Source: Phycisphaera mikurensis NBRC 102666 (GTDB taxonomy: Bacteria; Planctomycetota; Phycisphaerae; Phycisphaerales; Phycisphaeraceae). Taken from it: DNA of 32,000 nt. The stretch spans positions 1,260,001 through 1,292,000 of the forward strand of contig NC_017080.1 of assembly GCF_000284115.1 (NCBI RefSeq), given 5' to 3'. Below are positions 16,086 to 23,026 of this stretch, in pieces. The position numbers and the translations under genes were made by a program. The notes under the pieces are model-generated. The model made no database searches. It was not told where the DNA came from and saw only the letters and a list, made by a program, of their open reading frames with translations. Numbering within the stretch: the first letter of the stretch is position 1; each line of letters starts with the position of its first letter.

Positions 16086-16131
16086 CCGCGGACCGTAGGC
16101 CGCTTGCGCCTCCCGGGGCGGCGATCCGCGG
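16086..16131. repeat. 46-nt palindromic element, copy 4 (one arm mismatch; upstream of tatD)
   Basis: CCGCGGACCGTAGGCCGCTTGCGCCTCCCGGGGCGGCGATCCGCGG; the right arm CGATCCGCGG differs by one base from CGGTCCGCGG, with identical 46-nt length. Confidence 0.7.
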
Positions 16132-16174
16132 GTTCCCGGGCGGCCCGGGCCCGCCGCGGGGCTACAACCTCGCC

Positions 16175-16960
16175 ATGATCGACACCCACTGCCACCTCAC
16201 CTATCCCGGCATCGCCGAGCGTGTCGGCGACGTGGTGGCGGACGCTCGAGCGGCGGGCGTGGACCGGATGGTCTCGATCGGCACGGGGCCGGCGGACTCG
16301 GTCGCGGCCATCCAGGTCGCCCGCCGCTTCCCCGGCGTCGTGTTCGCCACGGCGGGCATCCACCCGCTGCACGCCGGCGAGGTCGGGGACGTCGCCGCCG
16401 CGACCGCGGAGCTGCGGCTGCTCTCGGTCGCCGAGGAGGTGGTGGCGCTCGGGGAGATGGGGCTCGACGCGCACCACGACCGGCCGCCGATGGCGGTGCA
16501 GCGGGCCGCCTTCGCGGCGCAGCTGACTCTCGCGGAAGAGACCGCCTTGCCGGTGGTGATCCACAGCCGCGAGGCGATCCCCGAGACGATCGAGATGATC
16601 CGGGCGACGGGCCTCCCCGCGGACCGCTTCCTCTTCCACTGCTTCAGCGGGACGGTCCGCGACCTCGACGCGATCCTCGCTTTTGGCGCGGGGATTGGTT
16701 TCACGGGCATCGTCACCTTCCCCGGCGCGGCGGCGGTCGCCGAAGCGAGCGACCGCGTGCCCCTCGACCGGCTCTTCCTCGAGACCGACAGCCCGTACCT
16801 CACGCCCGCCCCGCACCGCAAGGTGCGCATCAACGAGCCGAAGTACGTGCCGCGGGTCGCCGCGCTGCTCGCCGGGCGGCGGGGATTGGCGGTGGAGGCG
16901 CTGGCGGCGGCGTGCGACCGCAACGCAAGCCGCTTCTACGGCCTGCCCGAGCCGGCTTGA
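16175..16960 (+). CDS. tatD: TatD-family hydrolase
   Basis: MIDTHCHLTYPGIAERVGDVVADARAAGVDRMVSIGT...ATAGIHPLHAGEV...VALGEMGLDAHHDRPP...LPVVIHSREAIPET...FLFHCFSGTVRDLDAIL...DRLFLETDSPYLTPAPHRKVRINEPKYV. Confidence 0.94.
   Translation: MIDTHCHLTYPGIAERVGDVVADARAAGVDRMVSIGTGPADSVAAIQVARRFPGVVFATAGIHPLHAGEVGDVAAATAELRLLSVAEEVVALGEMGLDAHHDRPPMAVQRAAFAAQLTLAEETALPVVIHSREAIPETIEMIRATGLPADRFLFHCFSGTVRDLDAILAFGAGIGFTGIVTFPGAAAVAEASDRVPLDRLFLETDSPYLTPAPHRKVRINEPKYVPRVAALLAGRRGLAVEALAAACDRNASRFYGLPEPA
16617..16662. repeat. Candidate fifth-site match of the 46-nt palindrome inside tatD
   Basis: CCGCGGACCGCTTCCTCTTCCACTGCTTCAGCGGGACGGTCCGCGA; same spacing and same reading frame (PADR-FLFHCFSG-TVRD), but it overlaps conserved TatD active-site sequence, so descent from the element is uncertain. 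Confidence 0.4.
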
Positions 16961-16979
16961 TCCGCGCAGCGTGCCGCGG

Positions 16980-19900
16980 TCACTGCATGCGGAGGATCTC
17001 CGCCTGCCGGTCCCGCCAGGCGCTCTTGCTGGGCTCGAGGTCGATCGCCACCTCGATTGTCCGCAGCGCCTCCTGCACGTTCCCGTTGGCGACCTGCGCC
17101 AGCGCGAGCGTGTCGCGGAAGTCGGCGTTCTCGGGCTCGGCGGCGACGGCTTCCCGGGCGAGCTGCAGGCCGGCGGCGGCGTCGATCGCCGGCCCGTCGT
17201 CGCCGATGAGCACCATGGCCAGGTTGTTCCGCACGGCCTGCGCGTCGGGGTTGAGGTCCAGGGCCCGGCGGTAGGCGGCAACGGCGGTCTGCGGCTCCCC
17301 GAGCGACTCGGCCATCATGCCGGCGGCCGCGTGGACGGGCATCGTCGCGTCGGGCCGCTCGGCCAGCGCGGTCACCAGCCGCAGCGCGACGCGGCCGGCG
17401 TCGGGGGCGTCGCGAGCGGTGACCCCGCCGGCGAGGTGCAGAGCCCACCAGGCGTTGGCGACCCGGAACCGCTCGGAGGGTTCGCTCTCGGGCACGGCGG
17501 CGGTGAGCGTCTCCAGCCAGGCGGAGCGCGCGTCGGCGTCCCGCAGCGAGGGCGTGATGGCCAGTGCGGCGGCACGCCACTGGGGCAGGTCCAGGTGCCC
17601 GCCGAGGAAGTCCGTCGCCTCGCGCGCCCGGCCCGACTCGGCCAGGGCGCGGCCGTAGACCGCGGCGAAATCGGCCATCTGCCCGGGCAGCTCCTCCGCG
17701 AACCTGAGGTAGGGGGCCAACGCGGCCTCGGCCTCGGCGGGCTGCCCCTTGGCGAGGCGGCTGCGGGCGATGAGCAGGTCGGCCGCGAGCGGGTCGCGGG
17801 CGGAGCGACGCCGCCAGTCCATCGCGGAGGCGAGCGCGTCGTCCCACCGCTCCAACGCGAAGAAGGCCAGCGCCCGCGCCTGCGCCGGCGGCACGGCGTT
17901 GGGGTGGGCGATCGCCGCGGCCTCGGCCAGCGCCAGGGCCTCCTCGTTGCGGCCGGCCCGCAGGTGCAGCTGCGCCGCGAGGGTCTGCAGCTCGACGATC
18001 CCGTCGGCGTCGCGGGCCATCTGCCGCAGGCGGGAGAGCTTCTCCACCGGCGGCGCCGCGGTGTCCGCCGCGAGCGTCAACGCCGCGGAGATGGAGGCGC
18101 GGAGGCCGGGGTCGCTCTCGCGGAGCAGGCGCTGCAGGATCGGGCGGAAGGCCGGGTCGCCCGCAAGCGCCCCGACGGCGTCGGCCCGCGCCACCAGGTC
18201 CGCGAGGCCGGGCTCTTCGCCCGCCGCGCCGCCGGCGAGGCCGGCCCGGGCGGCGTCGAGCGCGGCCTCGCCGCGTCCCTGGCCAAGGTTGAAGCCGGCG
18301 AGCCGCGAGGCGGCGCCGGGGTCGCCGGCGGCGACGGCGGCCTCGAACTCCGCGAGCGCTTCGCGCAGCGAGCCGTACCGGGCGGCGTGGTCGGCGAGGA
18401 TCGCGCGGCGGCGGCCGGGCTCGACCCCCGCGCCCTCGAGCCGGTCCAGCACGGCCTGCGCCCGCTCCGGGTCGCCGCTCTCGGCGTAGAAGCCCGCGGC
18501 CCACTGCAGCGACGCGGCGTCGGGCTCGGCGGCGAGCAGCGCCTCCATCGTGCGGGACGCGGCGTCTTCTTGGCCGACCTGGGCGTACAGCTGGCCGAGC
18601 AGCAGCTGCTCGCGCGCCCCCATGGCTCCCTCCGGCCGGTTCTGCAGCCGCTCCAGCAGGCCGATCGCGCGGGCGTAGTCGCCCTGGGCGGCGAGCAGCA
18701 GCGCGGCCGAGCGGGTCTGTGCCGCGTCGAGCCGGTCGGCGGGGCCGTCGGCCACGGCGACGAGATTCGCCAAAGCGGCGGGGAAGTTGCCCACCGCCTG
18801 CTGCAGCCGGGCCACCTCCAGGCGGAGCGAGGGGCTGTCGGACGCCTGCTGCAGCGCGGCTTCGGCGTCGCGCGCAGCTTCCAGCGTGCGGCCCTGCCGC
18901 TCGTGGGCCCGGGCCCGCAGGAGCAGGGCCTCCGCGTCGTCGCGGGCGCGGCTGAGCACCTCGTCGAGGAGCTTCTCGGCCTCCGCCGCGGCCGCGTCAT
19001 CGGCCGGGCTTCCGCCCGCCCCGGCCCCCGCCTCGGCCCCGGGCCCGTCGAGCAGCCACCGCGCGCGGGCCATCCGCCACTGCAGGTTCTCGCTGCCCGC
19101 GAGCGAGCGGACCCGCTCGATGACGCGGTCGCTCAGCTCCCGGTCGGCGAGCACCAGCGGCGACGCGAGCACCCGACGCTGCACCTCCAGCACCGAGGGG
19201 AAAGCCTCCGAGGTGGCGGCCCAGGCCTCGCGTGCGCCGGGGTCGTCGATGAGCTGGAGGTAGGTGGCCTCGAGCAGGCGCCAGGAGGGGTCGTCGGCGA
19301 CGACCCGCGGGCGGATGAGCGCCAAGCCGGCGTCGGGCTGCCCCTCGGCGGCGAGCCGCGCGGCGCGGGCGTAGATCAGCTCGGGCCGATCGCCGTAGGC
19401 CTCGTTGAGCCGATCCAGCACGAGCGTGTCGGTGTCGAGGCCGGCGGCTTGGCCGACGCGGGCCAGCTCCAGCAGGCTCGCCGGCGGCAGCGGCGGGTCG
19501 CGGCGGACCGCCCGCTCGATCGCGGCCCGGGCGGCTTGGTCGTCCCCGCGTTGGGCGAGCGTGGCGGCCTCGAGCACCACCAGCCGCGGCTCGTCGGGCA
19601 CCTGCTCGAGCAGCTTCGCGGTGAGGTCCAGCGTCTGCTGCTCCCGGCCCGGCAGCCGGGCCATCGCCTCGGCCTTGAGCACCAGCGGCTCGAGCAGGTC
19701 GGTGCGGCGGAGGTACGCCCCGGTCGCCTCGGCCTCGGCCTCGGCCGGGCGATCGAGCTCGAGCAGGGCTCGCGCGGCGAGCACGCGCGGGGCGGCCCAG
19801 GCGTTGCGGGCTTCGGCGGCGGCGCGGTGCTGGGTCAGCGCCGCGGCGAAGTCGTCGACCTCGGCGTGGCAGCGGCCCATGATGGCGAGCAGGTAGGGGT

Positions 19901-21083
19901 GCGCGAGCCCGTTGTCGACCGACTCGGCGGCGGCCTCGAGGACGCGCGGGGCCAGGCGGGGCTGGGCGTAGAACAGCCGCAGCGGACGCTCCCAGCGGAC
20001 GCCGATGGGGTCGGCGTGGTCCGCGAGCAGGTCGAGCGTCGCCTCCGCCTGGTCCCGGCGGCCCAGCTCCGCGAGGCTCATCGCGCGGATCGCGAGCAGC
20101 TCGGTGGGCGCGTTGCCGTCGAGGCCCCCGAGGCGCGCGGCGACGTCCTCCAGCCGGCCCGCCTCGAACAGGCGTCGGGTCAGCTCCACCCCCGGCCCGT
20201 CCACCGGCGGGAAGCTCGCGGCGTGGGCGGCGACGTAGGCGTTCGCGGCGGCGAAGTTGTTGGTCGCGTCGAGCAGGCGCGTGAGCCGGACGGCGAAGCG
20301 GCCGTCGGCGGGCGGCTCGCCGGCGGCCTCTTCGAGCAGCTCGCGGGCGCGGTCGGTGCGGCCCGCCCGCAGCTCGGCAAAGGCGGCGGCCAGCCGCAGG
20401 CCCGGCCGCTGGGCGCGGCTCGCGTCGCCGGCGGCTTCCGCGGCCGCGAGGGCGGCGTCGGCGTCGGCGGCGACCAGCTCGGCGTCCTCGCCCAGCGCGA
20501 GGCGGGCCTGCACGCGCAGCAGCGAGGCCTCCGCGTCGCCGGGCTCCAGCTCCAGCTGCTTCTCCGCGTCCGCGAGCGCGTCGGCGGGGTTGTTCAGCGC
20601 GAGGCGGCGGCTGGCACGCAGCAGCCGGGCCCGCCCGTTCTGCGGGTCGCCATCCAGGACGTCCGTGGCGACCCGCTCGCCCTGCTCCGGGCCGAGGTGC
20701 GTCTCGGCGATCTCCAGGAGCAGGTCGTTGCCGGCTTGGTTCTTCGGGTCGATGGCGCGGAGCCGGACGAGCCACTGCTGCGCCCGCCGCACGTGGGCGG
20801 CTCCCGGCAGCGGGGCCCGGTACGAAGCCTCCGCCGCGGCGAGCAGCGTCTCGGCGTCCGCGTCGGGCCGCGCGTCCACGTAGTCCCCGAGCTTCGCCGC
20901 CGCCACCGGCATGTCGCCCGCCGCGTAAGCGGCCAGGCCCTCCTGCCGCAGCAGCAGCTGGCGGCTCTCGTTGCGGTGCTGCTGGAAGAGGTACAGGCCC
21001 GCAACGCCCGCGGCGAGCACGACGAAGGCCGCGGCGAGCAGGGTGAGGCGTTGGAGGCGGCGTCGGCGGCGGTCGATGGCCAT
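16980..21083 (-). CDS. Large TPR-repeat protein with N-terminal transmembrane segment, exosortase-linked
   Basis: MAIDRRRRRLQRLTLLAAAFVVLAAGVAGLYLFQQHRNESRQLLLRQEGLAAYAAGDMPVAAAKLGDYVDARPDADAETLLAAAEAS...AVAAYRRALDLNPDAQAVRNNLAMVL...LALAQVANGNVQEALRTIEVAIDLEP. Start ATG 21083 chosen over the ORF-track start. Confidence 0.85.
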   Translation of the reverse strand: MAIDRRRRRLQRLTLLAAAFVVLAAGVAGLYLFQQHRNESRQLLLRQEGLAAYAAGDMPVAAAKLGDYVDARPDADAETLLAAAEASYRAPLPGAAHVRRAQQWLVRLRAIDPKNQAGNDLLLEIAETHLGPEQGERVATDVLDGDPQNGRARLLRASRRLALNNPADALADAEKQLELEPGDAEASLLRVQARLALGEDAELVAADADAALAAAEAAGDASRAQRPGLRLAAAFAELRAGRTDRARELLEEAAGEPPADGRFAVRLTRLLDATNNFAAANAYVAAHAASFPPVDGPGVELTRRLFEAGRLEDVAARLGGLDGNAPTELLAIRAMSLAELGRRDQAEATLDLLADHADPIGVRWERPLRLFYAQPRLAPRVLEAAAESVDNGLAHPYLLAIMGRCHAEVDDFAAALTQHRAAAEARNAWAAPRVLAARALLELDRPAEAEAEATGAYLRRTDLLEPLVLKAEAMARLPGREQQTLDLTAKLLEQVPDEPRLVVLEAATLAQRGDDQAARAAIERAVRRDPPLPPASLLELARVGQAAGLDTDTLVLDRLNEAYGDRPELIYARAARLAAEGQPDAGLALIRPRVVADDPSWRLLEATYLQLIDDPGAREAWAATSEAFPSVLEVQRRVLASPLVLADRELSDRVIERVRSLAGSENLQWRMARARWLLDGPGAEAGAGAGGSPADDAAAAEAEKLLDEVLSRARDDAEALLLRARAHERQGRTLEAARDAEAALQQASDSPSLRLEVARLQQAVGNFPAALANLVAVADGPADRLDAAQTRSAALLLAAQGDYARAIGLLERLQNRPEGAMGAREQLLLGQLYAQVGQEDAASRTMEALLAAEPDAASLQWAAGFYAESGDPERAQAVLDRLEGAGVEPGRRRAILADHAARYGSLREALAEFEAAVAAGDPGAASRLAGFNLGQGRGEAALDAARAGLAGGAAGEEPGLADLVARADAVGALAGDPAFRPILQRLLRESDPGLRASISAALTLAADTAAPPVEKLSRLRQMARDADGIVELQTLAAQLHLRAGRNEEALALAEAAAIAHPNAVPPAQARALAFFALERWDDALASAMDWRRRSARDPLAADLLIARSRLAKGQPAEAEAALAPYLRFAEELPGQMADFAAVYGRALAESGRAREATDFLGGHLDLPQWRAAALAITPSLRDADARSAWLETLTAAVPESEPSERFRVANAWWALHLAGGVTARDAPDAGRVALRLVTALAERPDATMPVHAAAGMMAESLGEPQTAVAAYRRALDLNPDAQAVRNNLAMVLIGDDGPAIDAAAGLQLAREAVAAEPENADFRDTLALAQVANGNVQEALRTIEVAIDLEPSKSAWRDRQAEILRMQ

Positions 21084-21180
21084 GGCGGTTCGGCGGGGCG
21101 GGGGGTCCCGGCGAGCGGGAGGGGGCGGTCGGGGGAGCGGGCGGAGAACGCGGCACGGCGTGGCGTCGCCCAACGCCGGG

Positions 21181-21957
21181 TCAATCAAGGTCGGCGGGGC
21201 CGGCGGGCTCGGCGGGGACGCCGGAGGCCATCGTCTCGATCAGCGGGGCGTGGGCCGCGAGGAAGTCCAGCTCGAGCCCGCGGCGGAGCTCTTCGGACAT
21301 GCCCTCGGGGGTCAGCACCTGGACCTGGGCGGCGCCGTAGGAGCGGAGGCGGTAGTCGCCGCCGGCGTCGGTCACCTGCGCCATGTCGCGGACCACGCGG
21401 CCGTCGGGCAGCACGAGGAAGTTCGCCACGACGATCCGGTCGCGGCGGCCGTCGGGCCCCTCCTTGGCGAAGCGGTAGCGGCGGCCGGGCAGTTCGCGGC
21501 CGGCCACGGTCCAGCGGGTGTCCTCGGCGGAGACCGGGCTGTAGCCGTTGGCTTCATAGCACACCGGCGGCCAGTGCCCCAGGATGTCGCGGGCGTCGCG
21601 GCACTGCACGACGAGCAGCTGCACCCAGGGGCTCGGCAGCGTCGAGGCGTCCGAGCCTTCCGCCGGGGTGAACGAGCGGGAGAGGATCACGTTGGGCCGC
21701 AGCAGCTCGACCGCCGCGGCGGCGACCTCGGCGTCGCGGCCGGCGTAGCCGGCGACGTCGATGGGCGCCGCGGCGACGGCCGCGGCCACCTCGCGGTGGA
21801 AGGGGTCGGCATCGCCGGCACGGGGCAGCGTGAGGCCCCAGCCCGTCGCCGCCACGAGCATGAGCCCCGAGAGCAGCGGCGGCAGCAGCCGCCCGCGGCT
21901 GCGGGCGGGAGCCGGGGCCGGCTCGGCGGCGTGGGGATCGGCGGGGTCGGGCTTCAT
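21181..21957 (-). CDS. EpsI/exosortase-associated protein
   Basis: N-terminal TM segment; SRSFTPAEGSDASTLPSPWVQLLVVQCRDARDILGHWPPVCYEANGYSPVSAEDTRWTVAGRELPGRRYRFAKEG resembles the EpsI pattern (..hsPEvCy...GW..). Directly downstream of the exosortase. Confidence 0.75.
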   Translation of the reverse strand: MKPDPADPHAAEPAPAPARSRGRLLPPLLSGLMLVAATGWGLTLPRAGDADPFHREVAAAVAAAPIDVAGYAGRDAEVAAAAVELLRPNVILSRSFTPAEGSDASTLPSPWVQLLVVQCRDARDILGHWPPVCYEANGYSPVSAEDTRWTVAGRELPGRRYRFAKEGPDGRRDRIVVANFLVLPDGRVVRDMAQVTDAGGDYRLRSYGAAQVQVLTPEGMSEELRRGLELDFLAAHAPLIETMASGVPAEPAGPADLD

Positions 21958-21958
21958 C

Positions 21959-22858
21959 TCAGGCGGTGGCGAGGTTGGTGCGGGGTGCCATGACCGGCAC
22001 GTCCGCCCACTTCAGCGTGCGGACCAGCATCAGCAGCAGGCAGAAGGCGACGGCGAGCATCGCCCAGCCGGCGAGGTCGTGGAAGAGCCCCGCGGCGACG
22101 TCGGGGTAGTGGCCGTAGAGGATGACGGTGGGCACCACGCGGATGATGTTGGTCAGCACCGCGGCCACCGGGGAGAGCACCAGCAGCATCACCCGGACCG
22201 ACGGCAGCAGCGGCGTGCCGAAAGCGAAGGCGTAGGCGACGAGGACCAAGGCGAACATCATGCGCATGCCGTTGCACGCCTCGGCGACCATCACCGGGTG
22301 CCCGTTGTAGACGAGCATGTTCCCGCTGCGCTCGACGCCGAGGCCCAGCAGCGTGAAGACGAACTCCGCCGCCGCGGCCGTGTACTCCTGCAGCGGCATC
22401 GCCAGCTGCTGCCGGAAGATCCCCGGCACGGGCACGAGAAAGGCGAGCACGAGCACCGCCGGCCAGATCCGCCACAGCAGCGGCCGGCCGGCCACCGTCG
22501 TGATCGCGCCGAGCAGGCAGAGCACCGCGCCCCCGTGCCACGCGACCTGCAGGTTGGTCGCGCCGCCCCAGAGATGCACCGCCAGCCCCGCGGCGATCAC
22601 CGCCGGCCCGGCGAAGTCGTAGGCCGGTCGGGTCCGCTGGATGGCCGTCCAGCGGACGTGGCACAGCCAGCCGATGACGAACGGGACCAGCAGCACCTGG
22701 CTGGCTTCCTCGTCGCGCACGGCGATGTAGAGGATGTCGGCGAAGGCCCGGTAACACGCGGTCACCGCGAGCCCAACCAGCGTCAAGCCCACCGCGCAGC
22801 GTCGGAGGGTCCAGGCACCGCGATCGGCGGGGGCGTTCTGGAGGCGGGGGAGCGGCAC
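21959..22858 (-). CDS. Exosortase family transmembrane cysteine transpeptidase
   Basis: Multi-pass protein with MVAEACNGMRMMFALVL (Cys), TNIIRVVPTVILYG (Arg) and GLFHDLAGWAML (His) in the canonical exosortase order. Confidence 0.93.
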   Translation of the reverse strand: MPLPRLQNAPADRGAWTLRRCAVGLTLVGLAVTACYRAFADILYIAVRDEEASQVLLVPFVIGWLCHVRWTAIQRTRPAYDFAGPAVIAAGLAVHLWGGATNLQVAWHGGAVLCLLGAITTVAGRPLLWRIWPAVLVLAFLVPVPGIFRQQLAMPLQEYTAAAAEFVFTLLGLGVERSGNMLVYNGHPVMVAEACNGMRMMFALVLVAYAFAFGTPLLPSVRVMLLVLSPVAAVLTNIIRVVPTVILYGHYPDVAAGLFHDLAGWAMLAVAFCLLLMLVRTLKWADVPVMAPRTNLATA

Positions 22859-22909
22859 GGGCCTCTCCTATCGGTCAGCGGGGCCCGCGGTTCGAACGAA
22901 GAGCCAAAT

Positions 22910-22955
22910 CCGCGGACCGCCGCGCTGCGGGCCGCTGCGGCGCGACGGTCCGCGG
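22910..22955. repeat. 46-nt palindromic element, copy 5 (divergent exosortase/ileS intergenic)
   Basis: CCGCGGACCGCCGCGCTGCGGGCCGCTGCGGCGCGACGGTCCGCGG; perfect 10-bp arms. Confidence 0.85.
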
Positions 22956-23026
22956 CGCGATCGGGGGCCGCGGGCGTGCCGCTTGGGCCGGTGCGGCGGG
23001 GGGGCGGCAGCCTCTACGCTGCGCCG

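Noticed and set aside
21370-21440. GTCGCGGACCACGCGG ... GATCCGGTCGCGG, possible extra palindrome copy
   Set aside because: Arms mismatch at several positions and the spacing is wrong; inside the ordinary EpsI-like coding sequence.
16683-21671. 1,662-aa plus-strand ORF
   Set aside because: Antisense shadow of the TPR gene in extreme-GC DNA; composition is Arg/Gly/Val/Glu/Gln-rich with no domain. The minus-strand TPR reading explains the interval.
22870-22905. GGTTCGAAC, possible tRNA T-loop
   Set aside because: Flanking bases do not form a T-stem (GCGG versus GAAG) and no acceptor or anticodon stem could be found upstream.
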